DNA of 64,000 nt from Psammoneis japonica (lineage: Eukaryota). The notes under the pieces were generated by a model, which ran no database searches, was not told the origin of the DNA, and worked only from the letters and a program-made list of their open reading frames with translations. The position numbers were made by a program, and so were the translations under genes. The stretch is from assembly GCA_008632985.1 (NCBI GenBank), contig QPGO01000039.1, forward strand, positions 124,001 to 188,000. The letters are read 5' to 3'. This document shows positions 36,849-49,149 of the stretch, piece after piece. Each line of letters opens with the position of its first letter. The stretch's first letter is position 1.

Positions 36849-37439
36849 ACCCGAAAGAAAAATATGTTCAATTCTGCTCTAAGTCACGGACACACATGCT
36901 CTCATGTGCATGGCTAAGTTCAATCATCAAAATCAGAGATTGAGATACAACATTGCATCAAACTTGGTGTCATCATCGGAAGACGGGTGTCCTTTGTTTG
37001 TTTACATTTATGAGAATACGAGAAAGAGCGTCCGAAACACTTCCACCAACAAACGACGGAAAATGCAAAACGAGTGATACCTTGCACTCTGGCAGACTGG
37101 TACAGTATTGGGCTTCTCCTTCTATCTGTTTGTCTCGATTGTGCTGTGGTTGGTCATCAACTGTGTCTAAAGGCAAAATATTCCGATAAGAATGTGAAGA
37201 TTGCAGGGAAGAAAACCCCAGGAGGATCCGTAACGGTGTATCCACACAGAGTAGCTTCACCTCACTCTCTAAGAGAGCGCTCACTCGCTCGCTCCCGAAA
37301 ATGTGACACTGCAGCACAATTGTCCAAAAGCGATTGAAGTAGTTTTGGCAAAATACATTCACTGTCAAGCAATGGGCAGTTTTCTGTTTTGGATGCCGGT
37401 CTAGAGTAGAACATTCCTTCCCGGAGATTTGTAAAGCCA

Positions 37440-37540
37440 AAGGTTGCTCTCTAGCTCTCTCTAGCTAGAGTAGTGGTAACTAGAGCTCTAGCTCTAGCTA
37501 GAGCTAGCTCTACAATGCCGGTAGGGCCCTACTCTAGTGA
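37440..37540. repeat. CTAG/AGCT-rich low-complexity tract
   Basis: ctctagctctctctagctagag...ctagagctctagctctagctagagctagctcta. Confidence 0.6.
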
Positions 37541-37551
37541 GTCGAACTTAA

Positions 37552-37931
37552 GGGGGGTCATCCCCGCGTTTATCCTAAAATTACCGTTGCATTTGAATAA
37601 GGTTTTTTATAGTGCTTATTTTTGAATACAAGAATTATTCATAGTCACACCCGATCGCGCACGAAAACGAGAACCGCCATCAACACCGCGATCGAAGCAC
37701 GACGATGATGACAATCATCGATATTTCTCAAAAACGTAGTTTGCCGTCTACCAACTTTTCATGTATATACAATTTTGATACATAACAAACATAAAATAAA
37801 TGAGAGTTGGTAGACGGACCACCTCCGTTACAGACTTATGGCTTGTTGTTTTCACCACGGTGAAGCACGGTGAAATTCAGGAAAAATCATGCAAAACTCG
37901 AGCTAAAAAAAGTATTAGCAACCGACCACCC
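37552..37931. mobile_element. Non-autonomous Kolobok-like DNA element (380 bp)
   Basis: TTAA flanks at 37548-37551 and 37932-37935, short TIR ggggggtc/gaccaccc (RR..YY ends), internal inverted repeat gtctaccaactttt / gagagttggtagac, no ORF. Confidence 0.55.
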
Positions 37932-38134
37932 TTAATATTATCATCTTTCTTCATGCTCGAATAATTTGTAATAGAAGTACTAACTCGTGACTCAATGAGA
38001 GCATCGAACGGGACTGATCAAGTCGTGCAACTTACTCGCGTGCGAACTCGCGCGTTCTCAATTTTCAGCGACTGCAAGAAACACACCACAACACCAGAGT
38101 TGCAATAGAGCAAAAAGAAACACTAGAAACAACC

Positions 38135-38835
38135 ATGGGCAACAAGGTATCATTAGAAGAGGAACTCATTAACCTTCGAATAGTATCGAAGCAAATGCAA
38201 CGATCCTCCAAGAAATGCGAAAAGAACGAAAAGGCAGCATTGGAAAAACTGAAAAAGGTACGAACACCGCCGATTATGTACGACTCCCGTGTAGAATTGT
38301 ACGGCATTTTTTTCTCAATTTATTGTTGTTGTTGATAGGCAATCAAACAGGGCAATTCCGAAGGTGCCGCATTTACGGTCAAGATGCCATTCGAGAACGG
38401 AATCAAGCCATTAATCATTTACGCATGGCATCACGGATCGACGCGTGTGCGTCTCGCATTGAAACCGCCGTACGGATGAATCAAGTCACAAGCAGCATGA
38501 AGGGTGTAACCAAGGGCATGGACAAGGCGTTGGGCAATATGGATATCGAAGAAATATCGCGTCTTATGGATAAGTTTGAATCGCAATTTGAGGATTTGGA
38601 TGTCAAGACGCAATACATGGAGGGGTCCATGAATGCCACCACGGCAACATCGACTCCTGCCGAACAAGTCGATGAGTTGATTGGTAAAGTGGCCGATGAG
38701 AACAATTTGGAATTAGGAGAAGCCTTTACAGAAGCTGGGCCAATTGGAAGCAAGATTCCGTCTCTCAAGGAACCTGCACAGTCAGAACCAGCGGCTAATG
38801 ATTTGGAAGCGCGTCTTGCCAAGTTGAGGAGTTGA
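38135..38835 (+). CDS. CHMP1: ESCRT-III-associated CHMP1/Vps46/Did2; exons 38135-38257, 38339-38835; one C missing near 38368
   Basis: LINLRIVSKQMQRSSKKCEK|AIKQGNSEGA(R)IYGQDAIR...LRMASRIDA...MDKFE.QFEDLDV...DLEARLAKLR. Confidence 0.92.
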
Positions 38836-39342
38836 TTTTAAAGAGCCTACAGTATGGTGGTGTGTTGTCGGGTCTTCTGTAGGAGGTTTGTTTCTGAATT
38901 AGGAAGTTTTTGAATAAGGAATATTCCTCCGTTTTATTGAGGATATCAGCTCCTACCTGCAAGCTTCAATACGGACAGAGTGTGCAATCGGCTCACATTC
39001 ATCTACCCTATTCTTTAAAAAGTAGTGATAAGTCCTGCTTATTTGCCGCGACTTCTGTGGTATGCTTTGGAATGCTCGGACGCTCCAACTTGATTTGTTT
39101 TGTGTTTCAAGTCGCCATCAGTCTCTCCCATCATTTCCCCCAGTTGCGGTTCTCCCTATAGAAACAACTGATAACTCTCTAGAAGTACTAACATAGTTAC
39201 AAGCGAGAGATAAGCCATACTTATGAGCTACACAACCAACTCAAGCTTAAAGTAATTGACAACAGTAAGAGACCAGCTTATGCCGGCTAAATCGATCCAT
39301 CAGAAGCACTCGTCGTCGCCTGCGCGCTCCACTTAGAAAAAA

Positions 39343-40222
39343 TTACAGCTCCTTTTCCTCCTCCTTTGCCAATAATTTCTTCAACAAGACTTGACGCTGT
39401 TTCAACCAGGCGTACAACTCCGGTTTCATTTTGGAATCCTCCATTTTGTTCAATCGCTCCACTTGTGCCTCGAGCTCTTGCGGAGTTTTGGAACTCATTT
39501 TTTCGATATACCCCACTTGCTTTTCGTTGCAATTCTCCTTGGTTACCACGTTACACTTACCCGTGGCGGGCACCTTGTCTCCTTGAATTTCCAAAATTTC
39601 CATTTGAAAGACCAACACATCGCCTCCCCGAATTTTCGGTGGCGATCCACCATCTCCATAGGCAAGTTCCGACGGAATGGTCATTTCCCACTTGTCCCCC
39701 TCCACCTGAATTTGACAAACACAAGTTGATTGAGAAGACAGTGTTTGTTGACAGCACCCCTTCATCTTCATGCCAATGTGACTTAGAGTTTGTCAGAACT
39801 CGTGTTGTTGACAACATGCCATGCCTGACAAAAAATGACTTCAAACATCATGTTGAGAAACTTGAGATGGCATTTACACAGCTTACCATGAGTTGCATCG
39901 CTTCGGTCCAACCCTTGATGACTTGATTGGGAGCAAAGGTCGTGGGCGAACCACGATCGTACGACGAATCAAACGTCGTGCCGTCAATGAGTGTTCCGGC
40001 ATAATGGCAGGAACACGGCGAATCAATTGTGGGGTGGAACTCGCCACTGCCGCTTTTCAAAACCTTGTACTGTAAACCCGACGGTAAGGTAATGACACCG
40101 GGCTTTTTACCATTTTCCTCAAGAAACTTGAGACCAGCCTCATTGGTGCCGGCCAAGGCAGCAAGAGGCAAAAGGAGCAACAACAAGCAACGGAACGACG
40201 ACGACATGAGTTTCATGGTCAT
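39343..40222 (-). CDS. FKBP-type peptidyl-prolyl isomerase with signal peptide; exons 40222-39887, 39705-39343
   Basis: LPSGLQYKVL, HYAGTLIDGTTFDSSYDRG, VIKGWTEAMQLM|VEGDKWE..IPSELAYG. C-terminal KEEL suggests ER retention. Confidence 0.92.
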
Positions 40223-40439
40223 GATCTGCTGCAGAATGACTGACCATCCGCTGTCCGCTGTCCGCGATCGATCCATCCAACATCCAATCAAATCTTTTTG
40301 TGGACTGTCCTTCTGTCAGAGCCAATTCTCGATCGTTCCTTTCTGGAGGCCTGTGCGCCTGCTCTCGAGAGGGACAGCCAATGAAGGCTAATCTACTAGC
40401 TCTGCGCTGCTTGGAAGCCACAACTACAAAAAAGCCTAA

Positions 40440-41240
40440 GACAGCTAAGGTGTGAAATCATCCAGCTGACTGCTGAGTCCAGGAGCAGCGCACGTGGTCA
40501 AATGGCAAGCCACCAGAGAGACAGGAGTGCTTCAAAGCTGCCCAGACAGCAAAGAGAGAGCAATGTCAAACAAAAAATCCAAAGCTCAAGAAAAATGTGT
40601 GCAACAAATCTGCAGCCAGTGGTTGCAAGCTGGCCAAAAAAGAAAGAAGCCAGCTGTGTTTGCTTTCTCTGGCTGGCAACAAGTGCAAAAGTTTGTGCTC
40701 ATGGAAAGCTGTAGGTGGCAACAAAGTCATTGCTGAAAAATTCCAAGCATGTGCGGGTGTGACAGCAACCCATGCCAGCAGCCACTGTCATTTGCTTGTC
40801 ACAACAGCTGAGGCTCTTTTCTTTCTTTTCTTGTGACAATGCCAATGGTGTGCTCAACTCAGAGCTCTTTTGTGACAGACCAAGCAAGTGCATCATTTGT
40901 CTTGTTTGTAGATGGGGAGCAGCTCTGCCATGTGAGGATTTTTTGCCCCGTCTGTCATTTGTCTGTGCTGGGCTGCATTGGGGTTTTCTTGTTCAGGCAA
41001 AAAGCTGAGTCTCAGATGATCTGGAAGGGCAGCATGCAGCAAGATTTCCAGAGGTGCAAAAGTCAAAGTGCATGGCCAGTTGTCATGGGTGACTTTTGTG
41101 GTGCACCAAAAGCAGCCATGGTGCTGCTCCCCCCAAGCACACTTGGTTATTTCAAGAAGAGACCAGCTCCTGATGGTGCTTTGTGCACAAAACCAAGGCT
41201 TTGGCTACAGTTGCAGTCATGTGTCAAGAACCAACAACTT
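40440..41240. mobile_element. Short degenerate repeat domain between FKBP and the kinase
   Basis: TpA/CpG-poor, TG/CA-rich, only spurious ORFs. Confidence 0.45.
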
Positions 41241-41740
41241 GCAACGTGAGTCCATGCGTCGACCGTTGTCTCGCGCGCTTCGCACGCACGAACAATACGA
41301 TAGGGCTCCCCGAGCAGCTCGTGGAGTGCGGTGATGATGGAGAGTTGAACGCATCAAACAAAACGACGATGGCGGAGCAACAAGAAATGATGGGCCCTTT
41401 GTCACCATTGACGCACGTTCGCTACTCTTGTCCACTTTGTCACTCAGGAGATGATGTATTTGAGTCAGCGCGCAAAGTTCAAGCAGATCGCTGATCTAAT
41501 ACAGCACAGCGCGAAACCGAGCCTGCCCCACGTCATTTGAGGTTTTGTTGCAAAACACATGAATGACGGCATACAACCATGCCGGATAGCCGTTATCACG
41601 TGAATAAGCGATGGAAATATCCGTTGACATGGAGGCGCACTTTTGGCGAGACTTTGTGTCAAATTCTCCAGCAAAAGAAGCAGCGCAGTCAGTCTCACTT
41701 TTTTCTGTTGACTCACTCACACAGAGAGACGTATAACATC

Positions 41741-43204
41741 ATGGTTCAGACACGAGGCGCTGCGGCGCTCAATCGTCAAAAGAAGATGGCTTTTGAAAAG
41801 CTTGCTGCAAGCCGAAGAAAGCCACTACCAGAGAGTCGGGAAGAGATTGAAGCAGCACTTGCAGAAGCGTCGGATCCGGTGAAGAACCCATGGCTCGAGG
41901 AGTTTGAGATTGACGATGACGTGCTTGGCAAAGGGGGATCTGGATCCGTTCGTAGAGCGACCCACATGGGAACTGGATATGAAGTTGCGCTCAAAAGGAT
42001 TGAAACGACAGGCGACTTCATGTGGGACCTTGTCAAGCGTGAGATCGAGATCCAAGGTTCTTTATGTCACCCTCGCGTTGTTCGTCTCTTTGGTTGTTAC
42101 TTCCTCCCGCCCGATCCGAGCAGCAATGTGTCAGGCACCAGTCCCGTTCGACCCTCCGCCACTGGTAGTTCTCTGCAAGGCGATGATTTAAATGTGGACT
42201 TTAAAAATCCGTCTGTCGGGCGGTTTCAGATTTTTGCTAATGGCACAAGCGACTCCGGCTCCGAAGGAACGGACATCAATTCCGGAGATTTTTATGGCAA
42301 CTCAGAGGCAGCTGGTATCAGTTCAGACGAGTCTGAAGGTAGCGCAGAAAGCTCCGTCTCCCTTCTTGATTTTGAGAAAATGCTAGGTAATATGGAGGTG
42401 ACACGCCGGAAACCGGAACTGAAGTTCAGCATCGTCCTGATCATGGAGCTGTGTCCCAATGGCTCGCTGCAGGATCACTTCGAATCCGCCAAGGCCAAGT
42501 GTCTCCCAGAGAGGAGTGTGGCAAACTACGTGGAGAGCATTGCTGAGGCACTTCTCTACCTACATTCTGAGGAAAACGTCCTTCATCGGGACATCAAGCC
42601 TGCAAATATTCTTTTGTCGGCTGATTGGACCCCCAAGGTTGGTGACTTTGGTATTTCTGTTCGCGACCCGAAACCGCGTCGACAGTCGCTTTTTCGAACC
42701 CCTGGTTTTGCAGCTCCTGAACTTTTGGAAACCGCCTGCTACTGGGAAGGACCTGGTCATGACGAGCGGGTTGACCTGTGGTCCCTAGGTGTCACTGCCT
42801 ACTCCCTCTTAGTTGGCTCCATGCCTTTTCCGGATCAAGACGTCCCTAAACGCAAACACGTGCCGGCGCATGTGCTCAGCGCCCAAGCTAGCATGTGCCT
42901 GGGACACGCAAAAGACACTAAGTCCAAAAAATATTTGGAGAAGCGGCTACAAGAAATTGGTGGGCCTATGTACCTTGGTGTAGAACGTTTTTGCAGAGAG
43001 CTTGACGAACAAGCCTGGAATGACTGCTTTCCACTGGAAGCCCTGGAATTGGAACTCCCGGTTCCTCTTAAATTCCCCGACTTTGTGTCGGAGGAGGCCA
43101 AGGACTTCCTGGGGGGTCTATTGCGTGCCAACCCATGTGATCGCATGTCGCTCGAGGACGTTCAGCAGCACCCTTGGATCCAAAAGTTTCATGCGAAACA
43201 TTGA
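41741..43204 (+). CDS. Aurora-like Ser/Thr protein kinase with a large insertion
   Basis: LGKGGSG, VALK, REIEIQGSLCHP, HRDIKPANIL, DFG, APE, DLWSLG and HPW. First ATG at 41741. Confidence 0.88.
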   Translation: MVQTRGAAALNRQKKMAFEKLAASRRKPLPESREEIEAALAEASDPVKNPWLEEFEIDDDVLGKGGSGSVRRATHMGTGYEVALKRIETTGDFMWDLVKREIEIQGSLCHPRVVRLFGCYFLPPDPSSNVSGTSPVRPSATGSSLQGDDLNVDFKNPSVGRFQIFANGTSDSGSEGTDINSGDFYGNSEAAGISSDESEGSAESSVSLLDFEKMLGNMEVTRRKPELKFSIVLIMELCPNGSLQDHFESAKAKCLPERSVANYVESIAEALLYLHSEENVLHRDIKPANILLSADWTPKVGDFGISVRDPKPRRQSLFRTPGFAAPELLETACYWEGPGHDERVDLWSLGVTAYSLLVGSMPFPDQDVPKRKHVPAHVLSAQASMCLGHAKDTKSKKYLEKRLQEIGGPMYLGVERFCRELDEQAWNDCFPLEALELELPVPLKFPDFVSEEAKDFLGGLLRANPCDRMSLEDVQQHPWIQKFHAKH

Positions 43205-44070
43205 AGGGCCAAGCCCGTGTGGTGAACAGACAGAAAGTTGTTCTGTAGTTGTGTGATGTAAGCCGTAATAAGAATTAGTTTCAATGAAGAAAAACACATG
43301 TACGGAGCTATAAACGAGAGAGAGAGAGCGCTTATTCATTCGATCACTTAGTGGAACAAGCAGGCAAAACAGAAGAAAATTGTACGAAACACTAGCTAGC
43401 TACGGCATTGTAGGTGTGACTAGTGGGTACGATGCACCACAGGTCTACTGATGAAATCATCTGACAAATGCCAAACAGGTGTAGCATCTCGGACCAGAAG
43501 CCGCCTCTATTCTTACCTTCCTCTTTCGTCAACAATCCAACCGTCGATTCCCGTGTATCTCATTAATCAACATTTACAAGTTGGTTTCTCTACTGTTCAT
43601 TCACGGGCGGCGGCGGCGGCGCGCTTTAGAGGCATCAGTACTCCACACTTATTGGCCAATTATACCCGAGATTGTCGTGACCCATCACCTTGAGATTGAA
43701 CCCATACCCAAATTCCATTTCAACTTCGGACACGTGCAAACAATGGAGGACTGCAGACCCTCCTTGATTGGCAAAGATGACGTTCAACACTTGTGCCACC
43801 TGCGGGACATTGTTCGACCTGCACACCGTGTTTCATCACACTTTTGTGATTTCTGCTCGCGGTCTATTTGGTCAGTGGATTTCGTTGGTGCTTTGGGTTT
43901 GTCATGTCCAAAGTCCTTGGCCATCATGAGTGAGAAGATGACACTCTGGTGCACGCAACAAAAGAGGAATGTCAGCAAGTGGTTCCAATGACAAATCAAA
44001 ACATCACATTGTTTTTCTTGCATTTGAACAACAGTCATGATTTGCCTGCAGAAAACAATCAGCAGCACCA

Positions 44071-44267
44071 TGATCATGTGAACATGGCAGGACAAAAAGC
44101 AGCAAAATTGGCCAGCTCATTGGTGCACTGAATTGGAAAGGAGATGGACTCTGGAAGGCATTTCTCACTTGATCATGTGAACATGGCAGGACAAAAAGCA
44201 GCAAAATTGGCCAGCCCATTGGTGCACTGAATTGGAAAGGAGATGGACTCTGGAAGGCATTTCTCAC
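44071..44267 (+). repeat. Near-perfect 99-bp tandem duplication
   Basis: tgatcatgtgaacatggcagg...ggcatttctcac at 44071 and 44170, with one internal substitution seen (ctcat/cccat). Confidence 0.85.
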
Positions 44268-47200
44268 AAGGAATGGAGCAGACAGAGAGCTCTGCTAAAG
44301 CCATGCCATGCAAGGCTGGACCCTGATGTGACACTTGCTCCACACAGAACATCTGTCATGCAGCACACTGGACAAGGAGGTGGGCACTTGTTGACCACAT
44401 CAGAGCACAAGTTAAAAGTGCACAAATCACCCAGGTGCCAAAGCATGCTGTGGCTGTCCCTTTTGGTTAGACTCACTCAACCCCTTTTTTGTTTCAAAAT
44501 GCCAACAAAAGAGCAAGGGCCAAAGCTCAAGCTGTGAGCAGCTGTGGTCCCAGCAAGCAAGGTGAGCTCTGATCTCAAAAAGCCAGGTGGTGTTTGACTT
44601 GAGCAATGCTGTGCATGACAGTCACCAGACAAGAAGGAGCTTGAGATGTTGTGGCATCTCAATGCCAAAATGGGGATTCTCTTCTTTGGCAAGAAGTTGG
44701 CTGGAAAAAAGCGGCTTTTGTTGCTTGCCAATTTTGATCCACTGTGCACTCATTGAGCAATGAGGTTTTTGAGAGAAGCTGCAATTTTGTCATTGCCCAA
44801 GTGTGTCACAAAGGAGGCAGAACAGGGGGGCAGCTTGCAAGCAAGGAGAGCATGCTGCAGGGCTCCTCTTCTCACCTCATTGGGTGGGTGAGTTCTTTTG
44901 TGAGCTGCCTGTGCTTTTTGCTCAATCCATCTGCGGTGCAGAAAAAATGAGTTGTTGCAAACTCACTGTTAGCGCCTTGGGAAATCTTGCTCTCTTGCAG
45001 CTTTGGCTGGCAGCTGGGAAAGTGTCAATGAGCAGTGCAGTGGCTGCTGCATTTGGGAGTGCCAGAGGTCTTGTTGTCAATGGCTTGGAAACAGCAAAAC
45101 CTGCTTTACAGCCCAATCAGCCATGACTTGAACTTTTTTGGCAGAGGACATGCAGACAAAAATGGCTGTTTGGAATGCATGATGATGTGCAGCACAATGG
45201 CCAGCTGTTTTCTAGATTGTCAACATGGTGATCATTGATGAGAAACAAACCATCAAATGACAGTTGTTGGCAAGAGCCAGTTGCACTCCTCACAAAAAGC
45301 AAGCAACTGAAATCACTGCAGTTGCTGGCAGCTTGAGAAGAAGCCAGTTGAACTTTCCAACAACACACAATGATGTTCTCAGCACTTCTCCTGAGTTGCC
45401 AAGCAGTCAATCTGAGAAATGAAACAAACTGCAGGCACATTTGTTTGGTGTCCAATCCCTTGAAAATGGGCGGGAAGTGCAAATGACTGGCAGTCCAAAG
45501 GTTGGCCATGCTGGTCAACCACCACTGACACCCCTTGACAAAATCATCTCCAGTGCCACAGAAGCAGCACCACTTCAATGACTTCCTCCATCTCCCCCAA
45601 GAAATGGGACTCAACATGCATGGTGATGTGCAGAGCAGCTTTCCCATGTCATCTGGGCATGAGCCAACCCATGCCGCTGGCAATGCCCTGTTGTTAGATT
45701 TGACCAAAGCAGCTCTCACTCACATCAGATGAAAATGGCACAAAAAATTGGTGATTTGACCAAGAGGAGAGCTCAGGGTCAGACACAGCAAGGTCAGCTT
45801 GCTTGTTGCTGATGACCACCATCTGTGGATGTTGGTTGACAATGCACACAACTTGCACTCAAAGCACAATCTTTTGGAAGCTGGGTCCAAAAACACACAC
45901 ATCAACAGTTGTTGCCACCCACAATGTGGCGTGCAACTTCTCACCACTTTGCTGCTGAGTGCCCATGCATTCTTCATCTCAACCTGTCAACAGAAAAAGC
46001 AGAACCTCTGGCACTGCACAATGGTTGTGCAAGCAAATTTTTTTCACTGGGGGTGGGTGGGCTTCAAGGGTGCACACACTTCTCCAGTTGGTGGGCAGCC
46101 ACATTGGGGTTTTGAGTGGAGGCATCTCCCCACATTGCGCCAAATCTGTGGCAACACAACAAATGACCATCAGAATCTCAGGCCCTCAATGCTTTGAGCG
46201 ACCACCAATTTTGAGTTAATTTGAGCCAATGCTTTCCTTGTGGAGCTCTCACAAATGACAACCAGCCACTGAGTGGTGGTTGGAAATTGTTGATGGCCCA
46301 TCAAGAAGGCCACAGTGTTGGTGGTGCTCAGGGAAAAAGTTTTGATGACCCAGCATTGGCAAACCTTGTTTGCACAGGCATTTTGTCCCTCAGTGGAATG
46401 TTCACTTGTTTGGTCACTCAGTGGCAACATTTCAACCATTTCTTTGGTCACCTGGCACACAGACCAGCAACTGTCAAGGAGCCAGTTGTCCTGCAATGTC
46501 TGCACTGTGGCTCCAACAGTCATTTGAATCTGGAAATTTTCTAAAGGAGGCTGCATTTCAGCAACTCTTCAATGAAGCTTTTGCAGTGCAATTGCCACCT
46601 GAGTTTGCTGTTTGTCCAGAGTTGAGAGCCTTTGCTGAAGACACAAATGGGAAGACAGTTGCGGGGGAACTGGATTTTCAAACAGCTGGCAACTTACGTT
46701 GGGCTGTTGAGCTTTTGAGAAATGGGAACAAGACCAATGAACATGCACATTGCTTTGACCTGATCAATGGGAAGCATCATTTAGCAGGGCACAAAGCTCA
46801 CACCTCATTGTGGACTTCAGGAGAACTCGTGGGTGCAAACAAGTGAAATCCACACACAAACATTGCACTCTGCACTTTTCCACATCCTTTGAGTCAGTGG
46901 AAATCAAAATGAGAGAGTGCCCACTGTTGAAGAAGCTCATGGATTGATCAAAGCATCATTTGGCCAGCTTGCATTGGCAGAGGGGTAAAAATGTGTGATG
47001 GCTCACAGAAAAACTCAACCTCCCATTGGCCAGCAGCAACAGGAGCTGCTTTTGTAAAGGAGACTGTGAAACAGAAGATCAGCTTGTGACTGACTTTGTT
47101 GTAATTTGTGCTGGCTTTGGGTGAAGAGCAAGTGTTCAGCTGTTGATTTTAATGTGTGGTTGTTTTTGTGTTGATTGACATTTTGCATGGGATGTTGCTT

Positions 47201-48825
47201 TTTGACAAAGTGGCTTTGTGGCATGTGCCAGAGAGGGACCTTGGAAGCCACAGCTGCATTAAACCAGCATGATTATCCAGCAACTGACTTCACAAATGGT
47301 GCAATGTCAAACTCTTTTTCAAATTGCTCCAATGGTGAAACCAATGGCAAAACAGCTTCTATCTTGCAGCATGGTGGTGGGCCAGAGTGGACAATGTTTT
47401 GTGCAAGTGCAAGAAGCTGCAGAGCAACGAGAATGCAAACACAAAAAAAAATGATGTGGAGCTCCAGCAAATGCTTGATCTGCACCTGATTTGGTGATTT
47501 TGCTGCCAAAGGATTTGGCAAAATCCACTTTGCAACCAGTGGTTGCAAGCCAGCCAAAGAGGCAAGATGCTGTGACTGCATTCTTGAGCCGACAGTCAAT
47601 GCAAGAGTCATTGCACTCACCAAAAGCCAAACAGAACTGCCGCTCAAACTCTGAGCATGGCAACCCTGTCTCTGTTGAGTGCTTGCTGAGGCAATTGTGG
47701 CACTCTTTGCCTTTGTTCCAAGAGAAGGTGGTCCTCTTTTTGCACTCGTCTGTCTGTCGGATGGATCATTTGTGCTTGTTGGGAGTGAAGTTGGTGTGAA
47801 AAGTGACTCCGTCACAAACTTTGTTGGAACCGCTTGATGGACAATGATGACAGACGTTTTGTCGTCATCGTTGCGACAGATCCGGGCAGTGCGTACATCG
47901 GAATCAATGGTTGATGTTGTTGCTGTTGTTTTGGCACCATGTCATGAGCATTGTGAGCATCTTGTTGAGATCTCATTGCGATGGGAACAGGAAAATGGCA
48001 GCACATGTGGTGCTTCAATCACGAAATGCATCCAACCCAAAGGACCCGGGGGTGGCAAAGTGAAGTCGTTCCAGTTTGTTCATTTTCACAGTTTTGTTTT
48101 TCTTTGTTGTTGGTTGTGTTGTTTGTGTCCATGGGATGCAATGAATGTGTTCAATGTCCCAGGAGGTCTCGCACTGTTGGCACACGGGGCTGCGGATTTC
48201 ATTGCCTTGAGCTCAAAATCCCCGCAGAAGCGCAAGCAGGTTCAGTGCTAGAGTGAGCCGGTGTTTTTCCTTTGTCCCCTTTCGAAATCCCAGCATGGAA
48301 AAGTCAAAAGGTCAAGAAAAGACAGAGGAATGACTGACAAAAGAGGATCCCATGGAGAGCAAGAAACAGAGGAGCAAAAGGGTTTCCAGGAGTCTCCAAT
48401 CAATGGTGCCAGAGACAAAGGGGGTGTCCCCTCAACGTTGCTGAATGTTGCATCGAACACAAAGGAGACCCTGAACAAAAAAGACAAAAGAGCAATGAGG
48501 TTCCTCAGGAGACATGCATGAGAAGTGCCCATTCTTCTTCCCTGCTCATTGTTCTGGGACACTTCACAAAGTTTCTGCATCCAGGAACTTGCGGCACTCA
48601 AGGGTGGTGCTGTGGAGTTCATCAGTGGCAGCTTTGAAACAAGTCTCAGATCAATGATGTTGGAGGTCAATGACAACAATGTTGTGCATTTGTTTTGCCA
48701 TGATGATGTTGGAGGTCAATGACAACAATGTCATGCAATTGCTTTAGAAAATTTGCCAATGGCAAAATGACATCATGGTTGATCGGCAGCTTGTTGCTCA
48801 CGCAAGTTTTGCATTGCCAGACAAT

Positions 48826-49149
48826 TTAGCATGTGCTGCTGCATGCACTCTCTAGCTGTTTGCTCAAGTCATCAGACCAAACATCATCGGACCATTCATC
48901 ATCAGTCCATGCATCATCTGTCCTGGCATCATCTCTCCCAGCATTGTCTGTCCAAGCATTGTCTGTCCCAGCATTGTCTGTCCCAGCATCGTCTGTCCCA
49001 GCATCATCTGTCCAAGCATCATCTGTCCTGGCATCATCATAACATGACATGAGATCCAAGTCAGAGGTTGCAGCATCATCAGAGAACTCAGCATTTGCAG
49101 AAGCAAACAATGACATGACGAACAGCATCAACAAACAAAATGTTTTCAT
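48826..49149 (-). pseudogene. Signal-peptide ORF with acidic (T/S)DD(A)x pentapeptide repeats (15-bp tandem repeat)
   Basis: MKTFCLLMLFVMSLFASANA followed by DDARTDDAWTDDAGTDDAGTDNAG...; embedded in the hypermutated domain. Confidence 0.55.
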
